Assembly (NCBI GenBank): GCA_965240325.2
Contig: OZ251228.1
Span: forward strand, 2,666,001-2,730,000
Reading direction: 5' to 3'
Length of the DNA stretch: 64,000 nt
From: Rebecca billardiae RCC1528
Taxonomy: Eukaryota > Protista > Haptophyta
Shown: one piece after another, positions 44,769-57,139 of the stretch
Layout of the letters: each line of letters opens with the position of its first letter
Position numbering within the stretch: position 1 is the stretch's first letter
The notes under the pieces: generated by a model
The model's input: the letters and a program-made list of their open reading frames with translations, nothing else
What the model was told of the DNA's origin: nothing
Databases searched by the model: none
Made by a program: the position numbers and the translations under genes

Positions 44769-46808
44769 ATGTGTGCTACGCACCTGCTGCAGATGTGGAT
44801 CATCGGCGCCGTCGTCGCGCACCGAGGCAATTTAGGCGTGCGGCGAGCTGTGTCTGCGGGCAGCGCGCGCGGACGGAGCCGCTTCCTCTGTGTCGCGACG
44901 GAGGCGGTGCACGCCCCCACCGGGCGCGCGCCGACGCGAAGCGAGCACATCGCCTCGGCGCGGTCCATGCGCGCACGCGTCCTCGAGCTCTGCCAGACCG
45001 AGCGCGGCGAGGAGGCGGCCCATCTCGTGCGCGAGATGGAGGGCGTGGGCGAGACTGTGCCGACCTACCTGTACAACTCGGTGGTGATCGCGTGCCTCGA
45101 CCAGCCGGAGGCGGGTGTGCGCACGCGCGACGCGCGCGGCCCCTGCAGCACGCGCCGTCGCCACGCACGCCCCCGCCCCTGCGCGCGCGCGCGAACGCGC
45201 GCACGCGCTCCGCGCGCGCCGACCGAGCGCTGCGCCTCGCCGCACGCGCGCGACACCCTCTCGCAGCGAGATCCGTGGTGGACCAGATGTGGTCGGGCGG
45301 GATCAGGCTGGACGACGGGACGTACTCGACCCTCGTGCGCGCCTTCGTGCACTGGGGCGATCTCGGCCGCGCTGTGCGCGTGCTGCACCGCATGCGGCGC
45401 GCCGGGCTGTCGATGCGGCGGCGCACGGTGCAGCCGCTCCTGCACCGGCTGTGTGACGAGGGCCTCGCGCGCGCGGCCGTGCGGTGCTGGGAGCGCACGG
45501 AGGAGTCGGGCGCGGCGTTCGTCGCCGAGGACTACGTCCGGATGCTCGGCGCGTGCTGCCGCGCCGGCGAGCTCGACAAGCTGCCGGCGCTGATGCGGCG
45601 GCTGCGCGACGGGTGCGAGGACCGGCTGCCGCGCGCGCTGCTCACGCAGGTGGGCGACGCGCTGCGCGCCGCGCGGCTGCCTGACGGCTCGGCGGCGTTC
45701 GACGCGACGAGCGTGGAGATGGGCGAGAGCGCGATCGGCTGCTCGCACTGCGGCACGCACCTCGCCGCGCTGCGCCTCTCCGACGCGCAGCGCCAATCGG
45801 TGCTCGAGCGGCTGCTCGTGCGAGCAGAGGCCATCGACCGAGGCGGCGCGCTGCTCGGCTCGCTCATGCAGTTCGACGCGTGGCTCAAGGAGCGGCCGGG
45901 GTACGACTGTGTGATCGACGGGCCGAACGTGGTGCGCGCCGCGCGCGCGGCCTGCTCGAGCCAGCGCGAGCGCCCCCGTGCCCGCAGCTCCGCGCGCGCG
46001 CGCGCGCGCGAGAGAGAGCGCTCAGGCGTGCGCGCGCGCCGCTCCGGGGCGCGAGCGAGCAGGCGTACGATGACCAGAACTACGTGGGCGGCCGCTTCAA
46101 CTACTACCAGGTGGAGGACCTGCGGCAGCAGGTGCAGCTCGCGGGGATGCAGCCGCTGCTCGTGATGCCGAGCAAGTACATGCCGAGCAACTTTGACCAC
46201 GCGAAGGTGTGCGCGCGCGCAGACTGGGCGCGCGCTCGCCCGCCGCGGGCGGCCGCTCAACCGGCCGCCGCGCTCGCCGCCGCGCGCGCGCGCGCGCGCG
46301 CGCCGCCGCCGCGCAGATCCCGAACCACACGCGGCGGCAGCGGCACGTGACGACGAACCTGACGGTGGAGGAGCTCCTCATCATCGAGCACTGGCGCCAG
46401 CTCGACGTCGTTTTCGAGTGCGGCGTGAGCGGCAAGGACGACTGGCTGTGGATGTACGCGTCGCTGCACGGCGCGGGCCGGCTGGTCGTGACCAACGACG
46501 AGATGCGCGACCACTGGCTGCACCTGATCGAGCACCGGCTCTTCCGCCGGTGGAAGGAGACGCAGATCATCCACTTCGACTTTGGGCGCAGCCACGACCC
46601 CACGCGCTGGGACATCCGGCTGTGCCCGCCCAGCGCGTGGACGCACGCGAGCCAGACGGCGCCGACGGGCGAGTGGCACTTCCCGTGCGAGGAGGACGAC
46701 ACGTGGCTGTGCGTCCAGCCGCGCGGCGACATGGGCGAGCTGCTGCGCGCCGTGCGCGGGCCCGAGCACGACGGCGTGCCGCCCGCACCGGGCAGTGCCG
46801 ACCGATGA
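44769..46808 (+). CDS. PRORP: Proteinaceous RNase P (PPR + Zn site + NYN nuclease); predicted introns 45115-45266, 45932-46062, 46207-46316
   Basis: PPR-like repeats (YNSVVIAC, TYSTLVRAF, RRRTVQPLL), CSHCG, CVIDGPNVAY, KDDWLWMYA, VVTNDEMRDH and WHFP..WLC. Confidence 0.9.
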
Positions 46809-47327
46809 CGCGGGACACGGGCGCATCGGTACGACGGCATGCCGCGACCTGGCGACGTGCACGTGACCCGTGGCCGTGTGCGGCACTGTCGACGAGTCGG
46901 TCAGTCGTGGGTCCTGGGGTCCACCGCCACGGGCACGATTCCACGACGATGACGAGGCTGAGACGAGCTAGGCCGCCTAGGCGGAGCCTCAAGCCTCAAG
47001 GCTGCCAGCCGTCACCAACTGTAAGTGCACGGAGACGTCGAGTGACTAGCCTCCCGGCGATCCTCGGCCTCGCTGCGTGAGACGATCGATGTCTCACTTT
47101 TCAGACTCGACTGTCGATTGCGGGAAAGCGGAAAGTTCCCGGCCCGCCGGAAAGACGTGGTCCGGCGGCGGCGGCAGTGGCGTTTTAGCGCGTCCGGCCA
47201 AACACTTGAAAAGATGTTCTCTGAATACGTAAGGGGCACTTGAAACGGTCCGAGTTCAACTCGCTCCTTGAGTGTTTTCACACCCGAGACCGCCCGTCGT
47301 CCGCAAGCGCTCCACGACCGCAGTGCC

Positions 47328-49266
47328 ATGGGCGCGTGCCAGTCGAAAACGTCCACGGACCTGGGCCAGTTGTCCAAGCTGAAGGAGGATGTGCGCCTCG
47401 ACCAGGAGCGCCGCCGATCCTCCGTCAACGGCGGCGTCATGCCGCTCAACGTGACCACGGGCGAGAAGGTCGCGCCGGCCACGCCGGGAGAGATTCAGCC
47501 CGAGACACCCGCGACGGTGGGCGGGCTGCCTGAGCTGCCGGATCTGCCGCCAGAGGTGCGCGCTTTCCACGCGTGCCGAACGCTGCCTCGCGTGCGTGGC
47601 GCCTTCGAGTGCGCGCCACCCCACCAAACTCACCTGTGCACACGCGCGCGCGCGCGCACCCCCCTCGCATGCCCGGCCATCGCCTCCAACGCGCAGGCGG
47701 CGCCGGCTGGAGAGATGCCCGAGCTGTGCGTCGAGACCGACACGGCGGCGCTTCTGCCGGGCGAAGAGCCGAACATGCTGCAGAAGGCGCTCAGCCCGCT
47801 CTACTCCCTCGTCTCGCCCGTGGCCAAGCTGCTCTCGCCCAAGCCGCCGTCGCCCATCAAGCCCGACCCGGCCAAGAACGGCCTGCTGCACGAGAGCGGC
47901 TGCCCGTGGTGCGGCACGAAGGTGTACATCGCCGAGCGCGTGCTCTGCCTCGGCCGCGAGTGGCACAAGACGTGCCTCAAGTGCATCTCGTGCACCAAGA
48001 CGCTGCAGCTCGGCCAGCAGCTCGACCACGCCAAGAAGCCGTACTGCAAGACGTGCCACACCAAGCAGTTTGGGCCGAAGGGCTTCGGCTTCGGCGGCGC
48101 GATGTCGGCGGAGCGGCACTCGGAGGTGGCGGAGCCGGCGGCCTCGGTGCTCTCCCCCATCGAGGCGACGACCGCCTCGTCCGACCCGGTGCTCGAGCAG
48201 GCGATGGTGGAGTGGGTGGCGATGGTGACGGGCCTCGAGCTGGGCGGCAACGGCGGCGCGACGCCGCGCTCTGCGCTCGCGCTCAAGGACGGCGTGGCGC
48301 TGTGCGAGCTGCTGAACAAGATCGAGCCGGGCTCCGTCGCGAGAATCCCGTTCGCCAAGCCGCGCACGCCCTTCAACGAGCTCGAGAACCTCAACGAGTA
48401 CCTGCGCGCGTGCGCGGCGCTCGGCGTGCCGGACGCGGTCCTCTTCCCGCCGGGCGCGCTGCACCAGGGCGCCAACCTGGACGCGGTCGTGAGGCACCTG
48501 CAGTACATGTTCGAGGTGGCGGGGCAGATCGAGGGGTTCTCGGGCAAGCTGGGCAAGTGGGTGCTCGACAAGCGCATGCGCATGTGGCTCACCGACGTGT
48601 CCGGCGTGGACGTGCGCGTGGGCGAGCTGCACCCGCAGCTGCGCGACGGCTTTGCGCTGTGCACGCTCGCCAACGCCATCGAGCCGGGCAGCATCGCAAA
48701 GTCGCTGCTGCAGCCGGCGACGTCCAAGTTCGGCGCGCTCGAGACGATCGCGGCGTTTGTTCAGGTGCGCGCGCGCGACGACGCCGCGCGTGCGCCCTCG
48801 CTCTGCCCACGCACGGCTGGACGGCTCGCTGAGCGCGCGCCGCGCCGCGCCGCCACCCGTGCGCGGTGTCAATGCGCAGGCGAGCCGCGAGCTGGGCGTG
48901 GCCGAGCACGACCTGTTCGCGTCCAAGGAGCTGTACGAAGGCACGAACATGCCCGCGGTCACGCGCACCATCCTCGCGCTCGCGCGCGTCGCCGCCAAGC
49001 GGCCGTCCTTCCGCGGCCCGGTGCTCGACCTGCCGCCGCAGTCGTACGAGGAGAGCATCCTCGCGCACCGAGAGTCGGTGCTCGGGGCCAACGGCGGCAC
49101 GCCCGGCCTCACGCCGCGCAAGAGCGTCGCGCCGGCGGATGCGGCGCACGGCTCGGAGAACCACGCGCCGCTCGGCGCGACGCCGTCCAGCCAGCAGAAG
49201 GTGTACCCGAACGGCCAGCAGGTGCGCATGGACGCGATCCAGGTGCAGATGAACTACGAGCAGTGA
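47328..49266 (+). CDS. LIM + two calponin-homology domain protein with a myristoylation-like N-terminus; predicted introns 47556-47696 and 48765-48879
   Basis: N-terminus MGACQSK. CRP-type LIM domain CPWCGTKVYIAE..WHKTCLKC..C..PYCKTCH..FGPKGFGFG. CH motifs LKDGVALCELLNKIEPG and LRDGFALCTLANAIEPG. Confidence 0.85.
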
Positions 49267-49908
49267 GGCAGCAGGCCGCGGGCTGCACGCGCAGCCCGCT
49301 CGCCAAGCCCTTGGCGCGCGCGCGCCCACATCGGCGCGTCGCCCGTCTAGGCTCTCGCCACGGTATCCCGGATCATGCGCGCACGCATCAGCGCTATGCG
49401 CGCATGATCCGCGAGACGACGACGAGCCCGAACACGGGCCACTCGCTGCCGATTTGTGCGCGCCGCCGCCGCGGGGCGACGGCTACGGGCCGCTACGGTT
49501 GTCGCTGTGCCGCCGAGTCCCGAGTCGCCGTTGGCCGGGCAGTCGCCGTCGCCGTTGCCTTGACGGCGTCGGCTAGACTGTCAGCATCAGCAAGCTAGAC
49601 TGTATTATGCAGCATATATGTAGTTCCACTGTGATTCGCGCCATTTATCAATTTGATTACAATATATATATATACATGTAATTATAATAATAATGTATCA
49701 TATTCGGTTTCACTACTCATCCGTAGAGTTGAGACTCGCGGACCGGCGGTACTCTCGAGTCTCAGTCTCGACGAGTAACTGCTAGCCTTAAAGTGTATAC
49801 TACAGTAGCCTAGTCGAGTAGCTATAGACGACAGTAGCAGACTGCTTATGTAGTTAGCTGACAGAGAGTCATAATCAGACTATGTCTATATTATATATAT
49901 ATAATATA

Positions 49909-51503
49909 GACCGCGTTCCGCGGTCCTTTTCCGTAGAACGAACGTAGTTCAGGGCCCGCGGTGGCGATGCACCCTCCTTCGCAGTCGTCTATTGACAGAC
50001 CCGGAGTTGCATGCCCGTACAACTAGACTCCAGCGGCGCGCCGCCGCCCGCCGCGCCGGGCGCGGGCCCATCGCACTTCGCAGCCGCCGGCGCGGCGCCG
50101 ATTGTGTACAGGCGGATGCGACGAGGCGTGATCGACGCATGAGCGCGACTCCACGTGCACGCCAGGCCACGCGAAGCTGACAGCCAGGGAGCACGGTGCG
50201 GGGCCGCGGATTCGTTCGGGCCGCTGCTGCTGACTGACCGCTGTGGCGCTGTCGACCGCGGGTCACCGCGCACCGGCAGCGCCAGGATAGTAGATGATTT
50301 GCACTGGTCCGAGTAGGGTTCGACCAGCGCCTGCGCGACGGCCGACAGGCGGGCGCGAGGCGTGATCGACGCATGAGCGCAACTCTACGTGCACGCCAGG
50401 CCACGCGGAGCTGACAGCCCGAGGGAGCACGGTGCCGAGGTCGGAGGTGCGAGCGGGCACCAGTGTCCAGTCACGGATCGTTCGCGCACGCCGCGCGTGC
50501 ACGGGCTGACACACCTCGATCAGGCTCGGCACGCGTTGCAGAGGCACAGCCAGCTCTGGGGACGTCACGCACCACCGTCGCCCGCGCAGCTCGTCCTCCT
50601 CGTAGAGTACCGTTCAGTTCCGAGGCGTAGCCCTCGCTCAGAGTCGACCGTCGACGATGGACTCGGATCGTCGGCGCTCCCCGGAAAGGCATGGCAAGGG
50701 CGGCGCGTGGTGAAGTCGAAGACTCAGAGATCGATCAGTCCGGCATCAGGCGCCGCTGCCCCCGAGCTTGCGAGAGCCCGAATACAGGGCGGCTGCCGCG
50801 GCGCGGCCGGGGCGCCCCGGCGACCAGGCGCGCGGCCGCGCGCAGGCATCGACACGGGGCGGCGGGGGCGCGCGGAGTGAGGAGCGGGGGCACGAACGCG
50901 ATGTCGACGGCAGTCGGGACCCGCCGCAGCCGCGCGCTCCAGGCGCCACTCGCCGCGCGCACCTGCCCATCGCCGTCCTCACCCGTCGGTCGCTCGTGGC
51001 TCGCCTCCTGAGCTCCGAGGCAGTGAGCTCCTGTCGCCGCAGCCGCGGCGTACAAACGCGGGCCGCTAACACGCCGCGCGCGCCGCACCCCCTCCGGCTC
51101 CGACTATACGGATAGCTGCGGCGGGTATTTTCAATGTCTCGCACTATTGGAGTTGGTTGGGTCACGATTATGTCAACGGTCGTTCTTGGCATCTTGCGGC
51201 GGCGAGGCCATATTATTTTACTATGGTCACACTACATTAAGGAGAGTCTACCCACAATTACCCTGCCTCGCACACTTGGGCGTGGGTTTCGTTGATTCCT
51301 CTGTTCACTATTCAAGACGGCGGACGCGCCCTTTTTCGACGCTAATGCACCTGTAAGGGAGTCTCAAAATCGAAACTCGGTCTCCTCCAGCCCTAAAAAA
51401 TCGCCCCCCGTCCCTTTTTTCTTGATCAAAGATCTTTTTGAAACGTGGTTCGGGCCCGCTGGTGCGGGCTCCACGCTGCGCGCTCCGCCCTGCACCGCGG
51501 GCC
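49909..51503 (-). mobile_element. Non-autonomous Helentron/Helitron2-like element, copy 2 (inverted)
   Basis: Hairpin GACCGCG-TTC-CGCGGTC at 49909-49925, subterminal IR GGCCCGCGGTG at 49953, and terminal TGCACCGCGGGCC ending at 51503. The interior is homologous to 62895-64000. Internal ~80-bp direct repeat at ~50122 and ~50356. Confidence 0.7.
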
Positions 51504-51611
51504 ATAAGACGCGAGTATCAGTAGTACGACGACTACACAAAGATGGTGGCACCATGTGCTCAGTGCTGATGTCATGATCATCATCGTGATCGTCATCATC
51601 GTCATTATTAT

Positions 51612-51935
51612 TGTCAAAGGAATCGCCAATCTACAGTGATTTCCGATTTCCAATCCAACATTTTACTCGCAGTCACACAGTGGCGGCGCGACCGCTGCGG
51701 CGGCGCTCGCACAAAATCCTCCAAAATCAACGACCTGAACCTCATCCTAAAATACAGCAGGACAGCATGGCTGGCGGCGACCTGGCGGCGACATCTCGAA
51801 GCATTCCAGATGCTTCTTAGAAATGAACGAAACATGAGCCGATCACACAAAACACGCTGAGCTCACCACCGCAAACAAGAGCCGAAGCTCGTCGACCGCG
51901 ACTCGACCGTCAAGCTCAAGACGCGTTCCCTGACA
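51612..51935 (+). repeat. 5' LTR
   Basis: Identical by eye to 54777-55100. Confidence 0.95.
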
Positions 51936-54499
51936 TGCTAGCACGGTGCTGGGAGAACTTGGGCAAGGATGGAGACGATGAGAACAGCGGCAAGGACGTG
52001 AACGGCCATCAGCCCGCCCCAGTTGCTCCCCTCATTGGGTTGAAGCCAGGCGTGGCCGAGCGCGCGGCAATGCCGCGCGGCTCATCGGCGGTTGCGCGCA
52101 AGCGCACGCCAGACTACCTCGCCGCTGCCCTGAGGGGCATGCAGGCTGAGAAGAACCGGCAAGGCGAGAAGCTCACGCTTCTCCGCAAGCCCATCTCCAG
52201 CGCCTCCGGGCCTGGCAACACCGCTGACCTGAATTCAGGCAGCCACGCGTCGAGTGCGATTGCACCGCGCATCGACCGGCTTCATGCCGAGTCAATCAAG
52301 GATCACCTTGAGGAGGAGGTTCGCGCACAGCGCGGTGAGGAGGAGCGTTACCGCTCGCATCCCCCGCCATCGCGCCACTCCATCCGCACGCACGTCGTTG
52401 CGCAGGGGATCTCAACAACTACCGCCCGGGACTTTGCGCCCGCAAGCGCGGAACAGCGCGTGGCCGCGTGCCCGCAGCTCAAGGAGTGCCTTGCTGCCTC
52501 CGAGTCATCGAACGAGGTCACCGAGCGTTCCGGGGCAGATGTAGCGCTCGACGCTGCTGCCGCTGATGCCGCTTCGACCGTCGAGGCCCTCGAGCCTGCC
52601 GACGCTGCTCGGCGTGCTGGCCTTCTGGCCGCCGCCAATGACAGCGCGGTCGTGACCGCAGTCAGTCTGCAGCCTCGCTCGCACGACTCTGTGTCTGAGT
52701 CTGACCGATCGAACGATGACATTAGCACCGATGAGTGCGACTCAAACGACCTGTATGGTCTGGCAGAGCAAACTATGCTCCAAGATGCTACGACGCGTGA
52801 CTCTGTCACAGCGAGCTCAAGCATTAAGTCAGCGGCCGCATTTATTGTTGATGCGCCTGACCCAAACAAATACGTTTGCCCCAAAACTACAAGCCTCACG
52901 ATGGCTTCCGAAGCCGAGCTGCTCGCCACGAGCGACACAAGCAGCCGCGAGATGACCGCCGCAGAGACGGCAGAGTCCTCGTCTGGCACGTATCGACTCG
53001 CGTCGAACGTAGGAAGCGCATACGATGCAGGGGGGGCATCATACACCTGCTTGACGGCAAAGCCGCAGCAAAACCAAGTTGGCGAGCGCGACGCGCGTGC
53101 GCATGCATCAGCTGCGTCAGCCATCACAACGCCACACTCTTGCAAGGAAGAGTATTCCGCCGAAGCTGCCGCGGATGCGCATGCATCTCCGCTGGACAGA
53201 ACGAGCGTGAAGAAGCCCAAAGAAGGCACCACAGCCTCGACGAGGGTCACTCCTCGCTCGAAGGTAGAGCGCGAATCGCCACAGAGCGCGCGCGACATAT
53301 CGACCAATGCACTTGAGTCGAAGAAACGTGACTGGATAGTCATCGAAGGAGGAGTCACAGACTCTAATCAAAACAAGAAGGAACGTGTGTTCATGGCACG
53401 CGAATCCTCGGCAGGAGTGGATACACCCGCCACATACAAGCTGACACAGTCGGCTCTGAAATCCAAGCGCGCGGTACACAGCGCGATACGGGATGCACTC
53501 GCAGAAGTGAGCACCTACTACAAGGGCAAATCCTCAGATGTCACACCTGACATAATGGAGCCCAAGGATAGCAAGCTATCCGGCTTTCAACTCATTGCCA
53601 AAGACAAATGGGTGAAAGACGCAGCCAAAATCGATCCATACAAGGCTGACAACGCTGACGCCAACAAGATCGGATCGGTCTACGATCGATCTGCGGCAGC
53701 GATATTCAAGCAGCTGAAGGACTCTATTGAGCCTCAGTTATTCGCCTATCTGGAATCGAAGCTGCACATCAGCGATCCGACCAAGAACTACTTGGATCTG
53801 GCGCTGCTGCTACAGATATTTGAGCGCGAGCTCAAGATCACAACTATGTCCGAACTCAGGGATGAATTCCTGAAGTTATACCCGACAAATGTGTCGCCCA
53901 TTGGCGCATCGGACATTATCAAGAAATCCGTCGAGCAAGTCCGCTCATCTCGATATGGGAATCTGGACGATGCTACGATGTTGGTCTTCAAGCTGTATAA
54001 CAGCATGCACGACCATCCCCAAGTCTACGAGTCAGTTATCTCGCACTTCGGAGCGCTCACGCCCGAGCAATGTGTGGATAACACTGACCAGATAATGGCC
54101 CAGATGGAAGATGCCTACAAACGGCACGGCTCAATGAAGCTACTCCATCAGAACAATACCAAGGGGAGAGAGACCGAAAACTATTCCAAGATACGCCAAA
54201 ATGCTGATTATCAGCAAGGCACGCGGCGACGCGGTGACTTTGAGGGCGCCGAAGTCTTCGCCGCTCAGGCCCAAAAGGCTCCAGCCAATGGCGAGAGCGG
54301 GCCGAATAACTCGGACACCGGCAAACGGTGCACTCACTGTGGTCTCAAGAACCATACTGCCCAGCAGTGTTGGAAGCTCCACCCAGAGCTACGCCCCAAG
54401 GCCAACAATTACAACAAAGGCAAAAACAAGGGAGCCAACAAATTTCCCAAGGAGCGTATCCATTTCCTGGATATTCCTGCTCCGGATGCCTATGATTAA
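51935..54499 (+). CDS. gag: Gag-like protein with a long low-complexity N-terminus and a C-terminal CCHC zinc knuckle
   Basis: CTHCGLKNHTAQQCWKLHPELRP (C-x2-C-x4-H-x4-C plus a Copia-type WxLHP motif). Lower GC than host genes. The first ATG overlaps the last base of the LTR, so the true start may be downstream. Confidence 0.8.
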   Translation: MLARCWENLGKDGDDENSGKDVNGHQPAPVAPLIGLKPGVAERAAMPRGSSAVARKRTPDYLAAALRGMQAEKNRQGEKLTLLRKPISSASGPGNTADLNSGSHASSAIAPRIDRLHAESIKDHLEEEVRAQRGEEERYRSHPPPSRHSIRTHVVAQGISTTTARDFAPASAEQRVAACPQLKECLAASESSNEVTERSGADVALDAAAADAASTVEALEPADAARRAGLLAAANDSAVVTAVSLQPRSHDSVSESDRSNDDISTDECDSNDLYGLAEQTMLQDATTRDSVTASSSIKSAAAFIVDAPDPNKYVCPKTTSLTMASEAELLATSDTSSREMTAAETAESSSGTYRLASNVGSAYDAGGASYTCLTAKPQQNQVGERDARAHASAASAITTPHSCKEEYSAEAAADAHASPLDRTSVKKPKEGTTASTRVTPRSKVERESPQSARDISTNALESKKRDWIVIEGGVTDSNQNKKERVFMARESSAGVDTPATYKLTQSALKSKRAVHSAIRDALAEVSTYYKGKSSDVTPDIMEPKDSKLSGFQLIAKDKWVKDAAKIDPYKADNADANKIGSVYDRSAAAIFKQLKDSIEPQLFAYLESKLHISDPTKNYLDLALLLQIFERELKITTMSELRDEFLKLYPTNVSPIGASDIIKKSVEQVRSSRYGNLDDATMLVFKLYNSMHDHPQVYESVISHFGALTPEQCVDNTDQIMAQMEDAYKRHGSMKLLHQNNTKGRETENYSKIRQNADYQQGTRRRGDFEGAEVFAAQAQKAPANGESGPNNSDTGKRCTHCGLKNHTAQQCWKLHPELRPKANNYNKGKNKGANKFPKERIHFLDIPAPDAYD

Positions 54500-54776
54500 C
54501 TATCAAGGCAGGGCATGGCCCAATAGCAAGGTCCAAGATCAAGGCCAAAGAGTGAACACATGGTGCAAATAAGCCCAGGACTGACTCGGGTTACCCAAAA
54601 CCGTCACACGGAAGTCCCAGCACATGACCCGTATCCTGGCATTGGCAACCATTACTGACTCCAATTCACTCATGCACACAGGTGCACAAACAATACCAAG
54701 CCCAAAATCAAGCCCAAAATCACTCATAATCCAAGCTTAGTCCTCACAGACGAGCGCATATTGGATTGAGGGGGGG

Positions 54777-55100
54777 TGTCAAAGGAATCGCCAATCTACA
54801 GTGATTTCCGATTTCCAATCCAACATTTTACTCGCAGTCACACAGTGGCGGCGCGACCGCTGCGGCGGCGCTCGCACAAAATCCTCCAAAATCAACGACC
54901 TGAACCTCATCCTAAAATACAGCAGGACAGCATGGCTGGCGGCGACCTGGCGGCGACATCTCGAAGCATTCCAGATGCTTCTTAGAAATGAACGAAACAT
55001 GAGCCGATCACACAAAACACGCTGAGCTCACCACCGCAAACAAGAGCCGAAGCTCGTCGACCGCGACTCGACCGTCAAGCTCAAGACGCGTTCCCTGACA
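54777..55100 (+). repeat. 3' LTR
   Basis: Identical by eye to 51612-51935 and preceded by a polypurine tract. Confidence 0.95.
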
Positions 55101-55273
55101 ATTATTATTTTTCGTCCGAGCTAATAAGCGCCTATATATAGTATATTCGGCCTAAGCCGCCTAAACTGCTTGCCGCCACTCCGACGCGCGCTGCCACTCG
55201 GTAGTCTCGGACCGAGTCGGGACCGGCGACGCCGGGCAGCTGACGTTACCAGGCCACTCGGGCAGTGGCACGG

Positions 55274-56968
55274 CTACAACCCAAAGCATCGGCGCGCGCG
55301 CAGCAGCCAGCCCGCCGATGAGCCGCTCGATCTGGCGCCGCTCAGGCGATGACGCCCGCCATTGGCAACGTGGCCGTCCACCGCGTCGGCTCGCGGGTCC
55401 CACAGCGACCGCCCTCGCTCGGTGCACGCCGCCGCCCTGCGCGCGTGTATGAGCGGGTACACGTGCGCGCGCATGTGCTGCTCGAGCAGCGGCATGTACC
55501 GCCTGTCGTCGTGCTCGGCCGCCGCGTATTGCGTGGGCACATCGAACGCGCGCAGCGCCGAGTGCAGCTCGACAAAGCCAAGGTCGAGCGCGAGCCGCAC
55601 CCACGGCTCCGCGTGCTCGGCGAACAGCTTGCTCGTCTTGATGAGCGGCGGGTACGAGTAGTAGTCGCGCACGATCAGGGCGACCATGCTGAAGCGCACA
55701 AAGTCCTCAAACGCGCGCTCGGACGCGTAGTACTCGCCCACCTTGGCGCGCAGGATGCCGCGGTCCTCCTCGACCGAGCACTCGCAGCCGTCGACCGAGA
55801 GCGCGCTGAGCGCCGCTCGGTACGCGCGCGCGTTCTGCGCGGTGCTGAAGGAGCGGTGGTTGATGAGCAGCTGCTCGGGGCCCTTGCTCGCGAGGAAGCT
55901 GAGGGCGCCACAGCGGCGCACAGCCGCCGCGCGCGCGGGGCGCGCGCCGTCAGCTCGGGCTAGTGCGCGGCGTGCGCGGCGTGCGCGTGGTGCGTGCGGT
56001 GCGTGCGTGCGGTGCGTGCGTGCGGTGCGTGCGCGCACCAGCTCCACTCGTACACGCACCACAGCCGGCGCAGGTAGCGGGGCGTCAGCAGCACGATCAG
56101 CCGTGCTGACGCGCCGATGAACGCCTCGAGGCGGGTGACGCACGCCAGCTTGAGCTCCTCGTCAAACTGGGGGATGCACACCTGCGGGTGGCCGCGGGAC
56201 GGCGATGGGCCGACGCGCGTGGTCGGGCGGGCCGGTGCGGACGGCCGCGCCCGCGGCGGGGCAGCGCACGCGGCACGCTCTCTCGCGCGCCGCGCAGTGC
56301 CCCACCTTGTCCATCCAGAAGAGCCACTCCGAGCGGTCCGGTCGCCTTCCCGTGCGCGCCTCGTCCATCTCCACCGCCGTGCGCACCACGTTCTGCAGCG
56401 CCACCGCCTTCCGCCGCCCGAACTCGGCGAGGCCCTCCTTGTCGCGCTCGGTCGACTTGCCGCGCAGCCCCTTGCTGTCGCCGTCGTCGTGCCACGAGTG
56501 CGAGACGAAGAAGTCGAGGCGCTCGGCCGGGGCGGAGCTGACGATCCAGCGGCGCGAGCTCTGCGCGCGCGAGACGTCCGACGCCCAGAGCTCGCCCACC
56601 TCGCCGCCCTCGTGGTGGAGCTCGTCCAGCACGGCGAGCCTCGCGCCGCGCAGCAGCCCGCGCACCGTCTCCGCCTCGTCCGACGCGACCAGCGCGGCGC
56701 GCATTGCGTTGAGCTCGGAGGGCAGCCTGCGGAGCATCTCGGAGTGCAGCTGCGAGCGTCTGCGCACGAGCTCGCCCTTCTCCAGCTCGGTGGCGGGGCG
56801 GCGGTCCTTCTCCTCGTCGCTGAGGAGCACCTGCTGCCGCAGCTCGTCGCGCACGGTCTCCCACGGCACGCCCTCGCCGGCTGCGGCGCGCCACTCCGTG
56901 TCGTCGGCGGTGGCCTGCGCGTGGACCGCGCCCATGTCGAGCTTCATGCTCAGCCGAGGCCCCGCCAT
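55274..56968 (-). CDS. TIR-like domain protein; predicted introns 56182-56305 and 55899-56038
   Basis: After splicing, reads DFFVSHSW ... FWMDK|VCIPQ ... FIGASARLIVLLTPRYLRRLWCVYEW. Confidence 0.75.
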
Positions 56969-57139
56969 GCTCGCGGGGGCACTCCCTGGCCGCGGCGCGC
57001 GGGCCAGCACAGCAAGCAGGTGCCTCTGCAGCGGTGGGCAGGCGCACACCCGCGCCCGTCGGCCCAGTCAGCGCCCAGAATTGTACCCGCCCGTATTCAA
57101 CCTGGTAGTACAGTATTGGCTGTACGTACACTGCCCACG

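Larger units (their letters stand above)
51612..55100 (+). mobile_element. Gag-only (TR-GAG-like) non-autonomous LTR retrotransposon, Copia-like
   Basis: Identical 324-bp LTRs (TGTCA...TGACA), 5-bp TSD ATTAT (51607-51611, 55101-55105), PPT GATTGAGGGGGGG before the 3' LTR, a single gag ORF and no pol. Confidence 0.92.
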
